Origin: an uncultured virus (IMG/VR IMGVR_UViG_3300032093_000024)
Lineage: Duplodnaviria; Heunggongvirae; Uroviricota; Caudoviricetes
Direction: 5' to 3' (one strand)
Virus record (IMG/VR): IMGVR_UViG_3300032093_000024
Length of the DNA stretch: 20,000 nt
Positions within the stretch are counted from its first letter, which is position 1. Each line of letters opens with the position of its first letter. The notes beneath the pieces were generated by a model that saw only the letters and a program-made list of their open reading frames with translations, was not told the origin of the DNA and did no database searches. The position numbers and the translations under genes are program-made. Below, in pieces: positions 1 to 9,680 of this stretch.

Positions 1-883
1 CGGTTACTAAAATACGAGAAATTAAATATTGAGTTTTATCAGCAGTATTTATTGAAATTGGAGTTCCCGCTAATTCCGTAAACGTATATTTTTTATTCGT
101 AGTTAATGTGCTCGTATTTAATCCAATATACGAAACTGAATCTTGTAATCCAAATAGATTAACTTCAATTGTTACTTCATCTGATTTTACCGGTGTATCA
201 ATTGGTTTTGTATTTTCTAATTGAAAAACAAAATCAACTAATTGATTACTTTCATCAAAAACAAATGGTTGTTGTATTCCATCTTTAAAATATTGAATTT
301 TAAATTTGTATGGTGATATATTAGAATATACTGGTTGATTATCTCCCGTTAGTGGTTGAGAAAAATCCGGTATCAAACGAGTCTGATAACCAAATAAACT
401 GTCACCTAAATTAATATTAGCTAAAGCATTAAAATTAAATTGAATATTACGCTCAACACTTATAGTAAATTCATCACCCGTTTTGTATCCTTCTTTTAAT
501 ACAGTAATTTTTTTTGAACCGTTTTGAATTAAATCATCTAAAGATACATTAATTTTATCGGTAGTAGTTTTGAAACTATTTTCTCCATTAATAATAATTT
601 GAGAAGGAACGTTTGAAGAAATGTTTACAATTAGATTTCTGTTTTGATTAATTGTTCCTGCGGCATTTGGGTCATTTGAAATCGGAATGTTTGTTCCACC
701 ACCAGAAGAAATACCGCCTCCACCACCTGACGATATATTACCGCCTGCATCAAAACCTGCGGTTATCTGTGTGGTAGTTCCAATACCATATCCACCCTCA
801 CCAAAATTTTGTGTTCCAAAACCTAAGTCAAAGAATGGATTTTCACCATCATCTAATCTATAAACTCTATCGTATCTTCTCAT
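1..883 (-). CDS. 5' part of a probable virion structural protein (runs off the left edge)
   Basis: Not in the ORF track. Manual translation from ATG at 883 gives MRRYDRVYRLDDGE...GGNISSGGGGGISSG...QYLISRILVT with no stop noticed. Beta-rich (N/I/T/S), follows the baseplate genes, and is preceded by the ATATTTATA motif. Confidence 0.75.
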   Translation of the reverse strand, partial: MRRYDRVYRLDDGENPFFDLGFGTQNFGEGGYGIGTTTQITAGFDAGGNISSGGGGGISSGGGTNIPISNDPNAAGTINQNRNLIVNISSNVPSQIIINGENSFKTTTDKINVSLDDLIQNGSKKITVLKEGYKTGDEFTISVERNIQFNFNALANINLGDSLFGYQTRLIPDFSQPLTGDNQPVYSNISPYKFKIQYFKDGIQQPFVFDESNQLVDFVFQLENTKPIDTPVKSDEVTIEVNLFGLQDSVSYIGLNTSTLTTNKKYTFTELAGTPISINTADKTQYLISRILVT

Positions 884-889
884 CTAATT

Positions 890-898
890 TATAAATAT
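890..898 (-). promoter_or_regulatory. conserved intergenic motif ATATTTATA, putative late promoter
   Basis: + strand tataaatat at 890-898, 6 nt upstream of ATG 883; recurs in the other intergenic gaps. Confidence 0.55.
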
Positions 899-899
899 T

Positions 900-2207
900 T
901 TATTGTATGTTTTCTCTTTGATTCATGTCTCTTTCAAAAATTTGTTCTCTACCACTACCCGCTCCAAAAAAGTTATCATAAGAGCTTCCACCTCCTCCAC
1001 CTCCACTTATGACATCAGATTTAACAGGTAAATCTATCCTAATTGGAGTATCATCTATAATTGGTTCTTTTGGTGGTGCATCTATAACTTTTATTTCACC
1101 AGTAGACGGTGTTTCCTTTTCCACCGGAGTTATTATTTGTGGTGGTGAGTCATCTATTGGTAGTATTGGTAAAAGTTTTTTCTTAAACTCTCTTTCAACA
1201 GTACTTATTTCTGGCTTCTCAATAAAAACTCTTCTAGTTTCAGGTGTTCTTGCATCAATTTTTTCATCCAAAGTTTTTGTTTGTAAAATTTTTGCCGCAT
1301 CATCCATACTAACATCAGTTGTATTTTTAGCCAATGGATTTAATTGTTCATCTTTTGGTGGAAGATAAAATGTAATAGCGTTTACAATTAAAATATCTAG
1401 CAATTTCATAATTGTAGCTTCCGATAATTGTAATGAAGGTTTTGTTTTTTTAGGTTTGCCGTAATTCGGGTCTTTAGGAAAAGATACTCTATTTGTAAAT
1501 TCATATTGTGCAGATTCAATAAATTTTTTGTGAACATTTGCTGCAAATAAATCAAAATTTTGTATTTTATATTCCGTTTTCAGTTTATTATAAAATGCTT
1601 CTCCAAATGTTAATTTCAAAGTATCAATTATTAATGATGGAGTTGTTGATTCAATCATTTTAAAAACATTATATATAATATCACTTTTAAAATCACCATT
1701 TGTATAAAAAATATTGAATCGGTTTTTAATATCTTCTGCATTTGGACTTGTCATTAAAGGAAATAATCTTACTTCAGTTCTTGAAGGAGATATCTCACTA
1801 ATCCAAACTTTGTCTTTTTCTTGATATGAACCTAATCTTTTGTTTATTAATGAAATTTGTGTTTTAAAAACACCATTTGTAAAACCAGCTTCTTTTATTA
1901 ATCTTTCAACATCAATAAAAAATTCAGAAGGTAAATTATTTCTTGTCATTGTTGTACCTTCTGCTAATAAAAAATAATTATTAATATTAGATGTTGTTAG
2001 TGGAATATATCTTACTCTGCCAAAACCTTTTTGTGGTAATTGGTTTTCCGAAGAATCATACATTATAAATTCAATCAAATCATCTTCACTTAATCCAAAG
2101 AAAGATTGCATATCACCTTCTTCAAAGATTTTTCTATCTTTTGGATTAATTCTAAACGCTTTGTTTTGAACTACTTCTTTAAAATTTTTTAATCCTTCAG
2201 CTGCCAT
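900..2207 (-). CDS. hypothetical protein, probably virion/baseplate-associated
   Basis: 435-aa ORF in the baseplate operon; contains WISEISPSRTEVRL, with a Pro/acidic and Gly-rich C-terminal tail. Function inferred from context only. Confidence 0.7.
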   Translation of the reverse strand: MAAEGLKNFKEVVQNKAFRINPKDRKIFEEGDMQSFFGLSEDDLIEFIMYDSSENQLPQKGFGRVRYIPLTTSNINNYFLLAEGTTMTRNNLPSEFFIDVERLIKEAGFTNGVFKTQISLINKRLGSYQEKDKVWISEISPSRTEVRLFPLMTSPNAEDIKNRFNIFYTNGDFKSDIIYNVFKMIESTTPSLIIDTLKLTFGEAFYNKLKTEYKIQNFDLFAANVHKKFIESAQYEFTNRVSFPKDPNYGKPKKTKPSLQLSEATIMKLLDILIVNAITFYLPPKDEQLNPLAKNTTDVSMDDAAKILQTKTLDEKIDARTPETRRVFIEKPEISTVEREFKKKLLPILPIDDSPPQIITPVEKETPSTGEIKVIDAPPKEPIIDDTPIRIDLPVKSDVISGGGGGGSSYDNFFGAGSGREQIFERDMNQRENIQ

Positions 2208-2209
2208 AA

Positions 2210-3241
2210 TTAACTACCTCCTGTCCATTTATCACCGGACTGTTTTTGTATTGATACTGGTACGGATACATTTGATTTTTCAGTTTTACATAACAATGCA
2301 CCTTTGTAACTTTTATCTGAAGAAAAATTAACTCCAGCGGTTGGTCTAAACTCGTCTATTTTATTCTGAATTGTTTTTATTGTGATAAATTTAGTTTGTT
2401 TCGGTTTTAATGTAAATGAAGCAACGCTTTCAAATGAACCAGCTATTTCACCAATTTGTTCAAATGTTAATTTAATATCTTCTTTTGTAAAGTTATAAAA
2501 TTCCAAATCTGGTCCATTAATCCACGTTCCTCTACCATCATCCTTTGCTCTACCTCTAAACGTTAAATCGTTTTGTCCAGCTTCTCCTTTTTGGATTACT
2601 TTTACTGAAAATTCCGTACTTACTCTTGCACCTTCAGCCTGCTTAGCTTGTTTACCCTCAAGTATCTCTCTTAACTGGTCAGCTTGTTCTTTTAAAGATT
2701 GATTTCTTGCTGTTAATGATACTCTTTGAATTGCTTCGGCAGTTCCTTTTTGTATAGCGTTTGTTAAATCATTAATAGTTGATGATATTTTTAAATTTGC
2801 TTGATTAAGTTGGTTTTCAAAAGATGCCACTAAAATTTTTTGTGCATCTACATCAACTCTTAAACTTTCAGAAACAATTTCTAATTCATTTACTTTAGCT
2901 CTTAAATCTTCAACAATTGTATTTAATCTAACTACTTCCGCAGTTAAATCAATCACCGATTGAGTTACTTCATTATATACTGGTCTTGGAACATCATCAT
3001 TAGGTGGCGGTGGTGCAATAGGTATAAGTTCAAATATTCTTGTATCTACTGACCTTATTAATTCCGCTTCATTATATTTTGGCTTTTCCAATCTAGCAGA
3101 AACTACACCATCTCTTGTATTATTTTCATCAAATAAAAAAATATTATCCGATGGTCTGAATAATACACCAGAACCACTTACGGATAAATCTTTTACAAAT
3201 TCTTCATTTGCAAGACCTGATATGTTTTTATTATATGGCAT
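2210..3241 (-). CDS. hypothetical coiled-coil protein, probably structural
   Basis: 343-aa ORF with a long central heptad region (VIDLTAEVVRLNTIVEDLRAKVNELE...) and a beta-rich C-terminal domain; abuts its neighbours. Confidence 0.7.
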   Translation of the reverse strand: MPYNKNISGLANEEFVKDLSVSGSGVLFRPSDNIFLFDENNTRDGVVSARLEKPKYNEAELIRSVDTRIFELIPIAPPPPNDDVPRPVYNEVTQSVIDLTAEVVRLNTIVEDLRAKVNELEIVSESLRVDVDAQKILVASFENQLNQANLKISSTINDLTNAIQKGTAEAIQRVSLTARNQSLKEQADQLREILEGKQAKQAEGARVSTEFSVKVIQKGEAGQNDLTFRGRAKDDGRGTWINGPDLEFYNFTKEDIKLTFEQIGEIAGSFESVASFTLKPKQTKFITIKTIQNKIDEFRPTAGVNFSSDKSYKGALLCKTEKSNVSVPVSIQKQSGDKWTGGS

Positions 3242-4315
3242 TTAGTTAGCTGCTAAGAAAAAAGTTAAATCATCATCCAAATATTGAGCATTCCCATCCA
3301 AATCAACTTTAAATTCAATTTTATATGTTCTATTAGCTTCCCAGTTTGAAAAATCTAAATTAATAAAATTTCCATCCGTATCACAGCTAATTTTTGAATA
3401 ATTACTAAAAGGAATTATAATATCATCCGAACTAAAATCTTTTATTTGATAATAAGTTGTTTGTGGTAGATATTTAACATCATTATAAGAAAACTTATTT
3501 GCAAAAGTTTTTAGAGGAAACAACTCTCTTCCAATTATTCTTAATTTATTAGTTGTCTCTTTTTTATATTCTTTCTTAAAATTTTTAATTCCTACTTTTA
3601 TATCCTCTGCCGTCAAAGGTAATAATGAACCAGTTTGAAAAGTTTGGTCATCCCAACCTATTCTAATTTTAGGTTGGTAAATAGTAAATGTTTCTTTACT
3701 AAATAATCTTACAATACCATAATCTTCAACATCTTTTTCTTTTTCCAAATCATATCTTAATAAAAATCCTTCGTTTGGTATTGAACCACTCATCCAAGAT
3801 TTTAATATAGGTCTTACATCCATTTGAATGTCACCTTTTTCATAATTAAAAGCCTGTGATGCACTTTCATAACTCCACCATGTTCCACCAGCGCCGTTAT
3901 TAACACTTGCAGAGGTATATGATGCTCTTATATTATCGTCATCCCAAACAAGTTTTGTATCACCTTCTCTATAATTCCAAGTTACACCTTTGGTTGTTAC
4001 CGCATCAAATCTAGTTCCAATACCCATTTCCCAACTTTGATATACTGCATTTGCAAATATCGTATATTCCAATGGTATTTCTTCACTTTGTGCTTCTTTC
4101 ATCAAAAGGGTAGCCTCTTGTAGTTTCTTTGAACCATTTGATAATGAAGCAGATAAAAATCCAGTTTCAAATTTAATTAGAGCGTGTGATACATCTTTTA
4201 CGTTTCCGAAATATACCTTACTAATTTCTAATATCTCATCCAAACCAGTATTTTGATTTGGCTGTTGTAGATAAACCGTTGCATCTTTTGATGCTGTTAA
4301 AAAATAATATGCCAT
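3242..4315 (-). CDS. probable baseplate-associated protein with DNRLRE/CBM96-like beta-sandwich N-terminus
   Basis: KDATVYLQQPNQNTGLDEILEI...ALIKF, VTWN and V(x3)LKSW...NEGFLL resemble DNRLRE-type domains; TAATG-coupled to the wedge gene. Confidence 0.55.
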   Translation of the reverse strand: MAYYFLTASKDATVYLQQPNQNTGLDEILEISKVYFGNVKDVSHALIKFETGFLSASLSNGSKKLQEATLLMKEAQSEEIPLEYTIFANAVYQSWEMGIGTRFDAVTTKGVTWNYREGDTKLVWDDDNIRASYTSASVNNGAGGTWWSYESASQAFNYEKGDIQMDVRPILKSWMSGSIPNEGFLLRYDLEKEKDVEDYGIVRLFSKETFTIYQPKIRIGWDDQTFQTGSLLPLTAEDIKVGIKNFKKEYKKETTNKLRIIGRELFPLKTFANKFSYNDVKYLPQTTYYQIKDFSSDDIIIPFSNYSKISCDTDGNFINLDFSNWEANRTYKIEFKVDLDGNAQYLDDDLTFFLAAN

Positions 4316-6351
4316 TATCTTGCTCTACCTTTTATGTCTGCATCTGGAAATTTAATTTCAAATATAGACGGGTCCAATGAAGGGTAAACTGTTTTATTTT
4401 TTGTTGCTTCAACAATGTTATAAGCATTTGTTGAATACTGACCACCACACTTATTTGTAATTTCTAATTTAGAAACTGATTTTACACCTTCAACATTTGC
4501 TAGTAACAATTCAACTTCACTTAAATTAATTGTTTGATTAAAAGTCCAATTATCAATATTGAAATAGTTTTGTAAATCTATAATACATTTTGCCAATACT
4601 TCGGATTTATTATAGTTTTCATAACAAACTACCTCAAAATTTAATCCAATATTAATAATAAAACCATCTAAAATATTTACACCATCGGTTAATATTTTAT
4701 ATTCATTTAAATAAGTTTTTAAGTTTTCTTTTACAGCTCTATTAATTGGTGTTAGTTTTCCTAATCCATCATAACCCAACAAATATAAATTTATAGCAAA
4801 TGGATTATTTTTTTCATTTTCATTGGATGTTTTACCAACTAAAAATTGTTCAATTCTTTGTTCAACAATCCCTCTTGATGGCTCATTATCATCTGAAAGA
4901 TTTATAAAGTCCATTACAATATCAACAAACTCTTGAAATCTATTTGGTGATGCCAAAATAGATGCAGGAGAATTATTATCAAGCGTTCCATCAGCAGTTG
5001 CAAAAGCTTTAGCAATTGCACCGTATTTTGTTGGCATTGATAATGCTCTTACTTGATAATCTCTTGCAGTAACAGCTCTATTTTGAGAACCAAAATTCGC
5101 TAATGCGTTTTCTCTGATTTCTTCTATGGTTTCACCACCTCTACCACCTGTTGCAGGTATTTCGTTTGTTACAGCTACAGAATTTTTAAGTGAATTATAT
5201 GCACCAATTTGTGCTAAAGTTAAGTTTGATAAGTCATCTTCGTATTCTATACCGGTAATTCTAGTAAGCTGTCCTGCTTCTATATTTGATGAAACTCCAC
5301 CACCTACAAAATACTTTACCGTAATAGTTGTATTTGATGGCGATGTACCATATGTTTTTGTTTTTAAGAAGTTTGTTGGGTCAAATGATTCTTCTAATCT
5401 ACTAATAGAATTTGGTAATCCTAACCCTACGTTTTTAAGATTTGGAATTAATTGTTCATCGGATGCCGTTGGGTCACCAGCTCCAAATCTTATAGTTGTT
5501 GTACCATCCACATTTACTCTTGTTGTAAATCTTCTTGAAGTTTTTATTGTTTTTAATACATAAGGTACAGTTTCCTTAAATTGTACTAAATCTGGATCAT
5601 TTAATTCAGTATTTGGATAATCTAAAAATACCATTTCTTGTGCCAAATATGGAACTTCATACCACTTATTACCGTTTGAGTCCCTTACATCATAAATTGA
5701 AATAATATTTGTATCCGGTAAATCAATGGTTTGAAAAGATTGATACGTTCCAAAATCATAAGATTCTTCTTTAACTAATGCAGATATTGCCTGAACATAC
5801 TTTTTAATAAGATATAATGTAGGTTCTCCAGTTACACTATCTCTTTGGTAAACCGTCACTTCTCTATTAGCGCTTTCAGAAAAATCTATTTTATCTATTG
5901 TTCTAAAATTAATTTGTTCGGATGATGATTGAACAATCATTCCATCTTTAATTTTTAACATAAACCTTTCATCTGCTATATTAGCCGCGCCGTTTCCTAT
6001 CGCTGGAACTATTTGATATACTGATAATGTTGTAGTTGAAGGAGATGTTACTTTTGGTCTATATCCTAAAAACTGCGATAATGCCATAACATTATTCAAA
6101 TCTTCGGCAGTTGTAATTAACGATTCTTTTAAAGTATCATCAACATAAAAAGATAATACATCCCCAACATAAGATGCCATTTCAATAAACATCATACCCG
6201 GCGATGCTTCAGAAAAATCGGTATGAGTTTTTGGAAAATACGTTTTAGCAAATTCAATTAAATTTGCTTTAAAGTCATTAAAATCTTTATTAAGGTATTT
6301 AATATCTTTACCCTTATTTTTAAACGTCTTATTTAATGGTGTTAAACTCAT
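4315..6351 (-). CDS. baseplate wedge subunit (T4 gp6-like / baseplate J-like)
   Basis: 678 aa; YLNKDFNDFKANLIEFAKTYFP...DFSEASPGMMFIEMASYVGDVLSFYVD and GG(x3)ETIEEIRENA...QNRAVTARDY are typical gp6-like motifs; adjacent to a gp25-like gene. Confidence 0.9.
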   Translation of the reverse strand: MSLTPLNKTFKNKGKDIKYLNKDFNDFKANLIEFAKTYFPKTHTDFSEASPGMMFIEMASYVGDVLSFYVDDTLKESLITTAEDLNNVMALSQFLGYRPKVTSPSTTTLSVYQIVPAIGNGAANIADERFMLKIKDGMIVQSSSEQINFRTIDKIDFSESANREVTVYQRDSVTGEPTLYLIKKYVQAISALVKEESYDFGTYQSFQTIDLPDTNIISIYDVRDSNGNKWYEVPYLAQEMVFLDYPNTELNDPDLVQFKETVPYVLKTIKTSRRFTTRVNVDGTTTIRFGAGDPTASDEQLIPNLKNVGLGLPNSISRLEESFDPTNFLKTKTYGTSPSNTTITVKYFVGGGVSSNIEAGQLTRITGIEYEDDLSNLTLAQIGAYNSLKNSVAVTNEIPATGGRGGETIEEIRENALANFGSQNRAVTARDYQVRALSMPTKYGAIAKAFATADGTLDNNSPASILASPNRFQEFVDIVMDFINLSDDNEPSRGIVEQRIEQFLVGKTSNENEKNNPFAINLYLLGYDGLGKLTPINRAVKENLKTYLNEYKILTDGVNILDGFIINIGLNFEVVCYENYNKSEVLAKCIIDLQNYFNIDNWTFNQTINLSEVELLLANVEGVKSVSKLEITNKCGGQYSTNAYNIVEATKNKTVYPSLDPSIFEIKFPDADIKGRAR

Positions 6352-6352
6352 A

Positions 6353-6793
6353 TTATGGTGCTATTTGCTGAACATTAAAAGAAACTTCATCGGATAGACC
6401 TGTGTTTCTACTTCTAAATTTTAAAGAAATACCAACATAATTTCTATCTCTATTTTCGTTACTTATATCCACATTTATTTCATCTACTATAACATTAGGT
6501 AAATATCTATCTACCGAATCTGTAATTAAATCTTGTATTTTTTCCTCAAAATCATCTTCTGTGATTTGTTCAAATAACACTGTTTCTATACCGGCACCAA
6601 AATCAGGATTCATTACTCTTTCACCTTTTTTAGTCAGTAACAAATTTTTAATATTAGATTTAAGTTGGTCTAATTCGGTAAAATTTTGTGTAAAAGCTAC
6701 ATTACTTATTTGTATAGGAATTCTAATACCTAATGCATAATCTTCAAAAGGTTTAGTTTCAATTAATGGTTTTCTTCCTAATATTATAGCCAT
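6353..6793 (-). CDS. baseplate wedge subunit, GPW/gp25 family
   Basis: 146 aa; QLKSNIKNLLLTKKGERVMNPDFGAGIETVLFE matches the gp25 signature (LLT..GER...P.FG). Confidence 0.9.
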   Translation of the reverse strand: MAIILGRKPLIETKPFEDYALGIRIPIQISNVAFTQNFTELDQLKSNIKNLLLTKKGERVMNPDFGAGIETVLFEQITEDDFEEKIQDLITDSVDRYLPNVIVDEINVDISNENRDRNYVGISLKFRSRNTGLSDEVSFNVQQIAP

Positions 6794-7260
6794 TACTTCT
6801 TAAATCTTTTTACAAGCTCAGAATAATCTCTATTCAACGCTTTATCTAATGATTCGTTACCGGTTTGAACACCTAATCCAGTTCTTTGTCCACCACCAGC
6901 AAATTCACCATAACCCATTTTTTCAGCTATCGCTGTTTTACCTATAATAGACCCCATATCACCTTGTCCAAAACTCATAGTTCTATAGCCACCATCGTTT
7001 GATACTGCGGCTCTAGTTTCATTAAGAATTTGGTTAATCATTGGGTTTTTAGTATAAGTTTTTTGTTCAACTACTTTAGGTTCATCATCACCCAAAATAG
7101 CTTTAGCCATACTTAATCCAGTATTTTTAGGTTGTTTTTGTTCGGAAATGGTTTTCTTTAATTCCGATTTAACTACCTCTTTTATAATGGTAGGAAGTTG
7201 TCTTTTTACTTCTTCTTTTACAAGGATTTGTATAGCTTCTAAAAGTTTATCAGTATTCAT
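6793..7260 (-). CDS. hypothetical protein
   Basis: 155-aa ORF, helical N-terminus, TAATG overlap with the gp25-like gene, preceded by the intergenic motif. Confidence 0.75.
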   Translation of the reverse strand: MNTDKLLEAIQILVKEEVKRQLPTIIKEVVKSELKKTISEQKQPKNTGLSMAKAILGDDEPKVVEQKTYTKNPMINQILNETRAAVSNDGGYRTMSFGQGDMGSIIGKTAIAEKMGYGEFAGGGQRTGLGVQTGNESLDKALNRDYSELVKRFKK

Positions 7261-7277
7261 ATATCATTTGTTATGTA

Positions 7278-7286
7278 AATAAATAT
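7278..7286 (-). promoter_or_regulatory. conserved intergenic motif variant ATATTTATT
   Basis: + strand aataaatat, one mismatch to consensus, 17 nt upstream of ATG 7260. Confidence 0.45.
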
Positions 7287-7307
7287 TTAAAGTCTTTATT
7301 TTTGGGT

Positions 7308-8276
7308 TTATGTAATAAAAAGAGTTGCTTCTTCCTTTCTTCTTCTAACTAATCCAGGTAAAACACTACCCCCAGCGGTTATTGGTCCAGCTGCAATTAG
7401 TTGAGATGCAGCTCCAAAATTATTACTATTTAAAGCTTTAGCAAGTTCAACTTTTAAACTACCACAATTATAAACATAACTTATTAAAGAAGCCTTTTGT
7501 TTATTAGATAGACTATTAAAAACGGCTTCAGTTATTTTTCTTTCACCACTACCAACTAATCTATTTTTGTAAGGTCCTGAAACTTCATATTGTAACATTT
7601 TCAATGCCGCATCCACTGTGGTGGTATCGGTTTGCAATACATCTCTTATCTTTCCATCTGCACCAATAATTTTATCCGAGCCGAATCCTAATCTCCAAGC
7701 ATTATAATCCCAAGCGGCTTTTGCGGCAAATCCTTCATTTTTACCAATAAACTGTGCCGATAATGTAACCCAATCTGCACTAAAATTTAATGCACCTAAA
7801 TCAACTGAAATCGCACCTGAAAATCCGGGTGTAAATCCCCCACCCGCTCTAAATCCTGAAACAAATGGTTTTCCGGTATTAAATGTCCCAACTTCTACTA
7901 CATCATCTATATTTTTTACAGGTGTATCTTCATCTGGAATATTGCTCAAATCACTTTCTTTTTTTATTTTTTTATCTACATCTTCTTCACTTGTTCCATT
8001 TTGTAACTCACTAGATTGTAATTGAGATTGTTGTTCATCTACGTTTTCTTTTGCTGGAAAATCATCTTCGTTAAGCTGTGTTGGTGTGGGTCTAGCACTT
8101 TCTACATTATAACCCGTCCAAGTTACTAAACCTGGAGCAGCAATAGTTGCAGGACCTGCTTGGTATAAAGTAGTCATATTTACAATACCACTTACAGTAC
8201 CTAAATGTGCCTGGGCATATTTGATAAATTCATCTACAATTAAGGCCGTATTTTGAGTTGGATTTACTGCTGACAT
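7308..8276 (-). CDS. baseplate-associated protein with C-terminal GH24 (phage lysozyme) domain
   Basis: FIGKNEGFAAKAAWDYNAWRLGFG (E-x8-D), QKASLISYVYNCG and GLVRRRKEEATLF are GH24 muramidase motifs; about 170 aa of N-terminal domain plus acidic linker. Confidence 0.85.
   Translation of the reverse strand: MSAVNPTQNTALIVDEFIKYAQAHLGTVSGIVNMTTLYQAGPATIAAPGLVTWTGYNVESARPTPTQLNEDDFPAKENVDEQQSQLQSSELQNGTSEEDVDKKIKKESDLSNIPDEDTPVKNIDDVVEVGTFNTGKPFVSGFRAGGGFTPGFSGAISVDLGALNFSADWVTLSAQFIGKNEGFAAKAAWDYNAWRLGFGSDKIIGADGKIRDVLQTDTTTVDAALKMLQYEVSGPYKNRLVGSGERKITEAVFNSLSNKQKASLISYVYNCGSLKVELAKALNSNNFGAASQLIAAGPITAGGSVLPGLVRRRKEEATLFIT
7841..7942. repeat. 102-nt direct repeat, copy 1 (linker of lysozyme gene)
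   Basis: Ungapped manual alignment with 8873-8974: 90/102 identical. Confidence 0.9.
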
Positions 8277-8279
8277 ATA

Positions 8280-9680
8280 TTAACAAATTACTAATCCGGC
8301 TACACAACTTGTTTTTATTTCATGTGTTCTTAAATAATTATCCGCGCCATTACCATCAACTCCGAACCACTTATTACCTTCTTTTTTCCAAAAAATACCA
8401 ATATGATTAAAAGGTACTGTTTTACCAGGCCAATGATAAATAACTGCCCAACCTGGTTGTGGATTCACACTTTCATGTCCACCGTTTCTCAAATCTATAA
8501 GTCTTCCATTAGCACCTGCCCATGCAAACCAATCAGGTACCCAACTTCTTCTATAATCTCCATTAGGACCGTCACCGAATTTATTTGGATTTTTTGTTGC
8601 TTTAATACCAGCACCAGCTTCATCCCACCAGGTAGAAACGGTACATGCACACCAATGCGCAGGACTTGTTAATCCACAATTAGCTAAAATTTCAACTATT
8701 CTAGGATGTCCCCAATTAGAAAACTTTGGATTTTCCGCAACTGGTGCTGGTGGTGTTACTGTTGCATCTCTTAATGCAATTGCCAAAACCCTTTGACCTA
8801 AAGTTGCATTTGGTGGAAAAGTTGGAGGCCCATAAGGTCCACCACCACCGCCAAATCCTCCACCAAACCCAGCACCCGCTTTAAAACCAGAAACAAAAGG
8901 TTTACCGGTATTAAAAGTCCCCGCTTCAATTACATCATCAATATTTTTTACAGGTGCATCTTCATCTGGAATATCACTTGAATTTACGGTTGTTGTTTGA
9001 GTACTAACGTTTGTTTGAGTACTTGTTTGGGTTGTATTAGTTTGCGTATTATTTGTAGATTTTTCAACTGTTTGTGGTTCTAATGGTGTGTTTTTTAAAG
9101 GTATAGTATATTTTGTATTTTCTTCTAAAGCTCCTTCAAGATGATTTATTAAATCAGTATATGTATCTGCAATATCTTGTTTATTGTTTTCTAATGCAGT
9201 ATCTCTTTTAGTTATTGCACTTTCTAAATTTTCTTGATACTGAATTCTTTCTTGTGGAGTTAAATCAAAATTTGATTCAACGCTTAAAAGTGGTTTTTGC
9301 CAAACTCCAACGTTAGTTGCTCTATTATCATTTACAGCAATGTTTTGAATTGCGTTTGGTACAGGTGGTAAAATAGTTGGTATAACATCATTACCCAAAA
9401 TAGCCGTTGACCAATATATTTTAACCCCCTCTCCCATTTCTCCTACTAAATCATATGGTTGATTTGAAGTTAATCCTTTTTGTAAAGCACTTATAAATAA
9501 TTGCTTCATACCTTCAACATCACCACTTCTTACTTTTGTTTTGTGAAACGCATCAAATCCTCTTTTAATCGCAGCATCATATTCTTTGGCATACGCGTCC
9601 GCTACAATTTCTATATTATTAATTGCATCTGGATTGTTTGAAACTCTTAAAATGTTATCTTTAAAAATTTGCCAAGACAT
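8280..9680 (-). CDS. baseplate-associated protein with C-terminal CHAP (Cys/His amidase-peptidase) domain
   Basis: HWCACTVSTWW...PQPGWAVIY...NHIGIF...GVDGN fits CHAP (WCA, H-x-G, [ED]GN); preceded by a helical N-terminal domain and T/Q-rich and Gly-rich linkers. Confidence 0.8.
   Translation of the reverse strand: MSWQIFKDNILRVSNNPDAINNIEIVADAYAKEYDAAIKRGFDAFHKTKVRSGDVEGMKQLFISALQKGLTSNQPYDLVGEMGEGVKIYWSTAILGNDVIPTILPPVPNAIQNIAVNDNRATNVGVWQKPLLSVESNFDLTPQERIQYQENLESAITKRDTALENNKQDIADTYTDLINHLEGALEENTKYTIPLKNTPLEPQTVEKSTNNTQTNTTQTSTQTNVSTQTTTVNSSDIPDEDAPVKNIDDVIEAGTFNTGKPFVSGFKAGAGFGGGFGGGGGPYGPPTFPPNATLGQRVLAIALRDATVTPPAPVAENPKFSNWGHPRIVEILANCGLTSPAHWCACTVSTWWDEAGAGIKATKNPNKFGDGPNGDYRRSWVPDWFAWAGANGRLIDLRNGGHESVNPQPGWAVIYHWPGKTVPFNHIGIFWKKEGNKWFGVDGNGADNYLRTHEIKTSCVAGLVIC
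8873..8974. repeat. 102-nt direct repeat, copy 2 (linker of CHAP gene)
   Basis: Encodes IPDEDAPVKNIDDVIEAGTFNTGKPFVSGFKAG versus IPDEDTPVKNIDDVVEVGTFNTGKPFVSGFRAG in copy 1. Confidence 0.9.

Noticed and set aside
6793..7260. 155-aa protein as another protease-processed cargo (IIKE, TISE, ILNE sites)
   Set aside because: It lacks the 10-aa leader pattern, and such tripeptides are common in helical proteins.
7841..8974. The repeat pair as a diversity-generating retroelement TR/VR or a CRISPR remnant
   Set aside because: Mismatches are not adenine-specific, both copies are coding, no reverse transcriptase is in the window, and there is no repeat-spacer periodicity.
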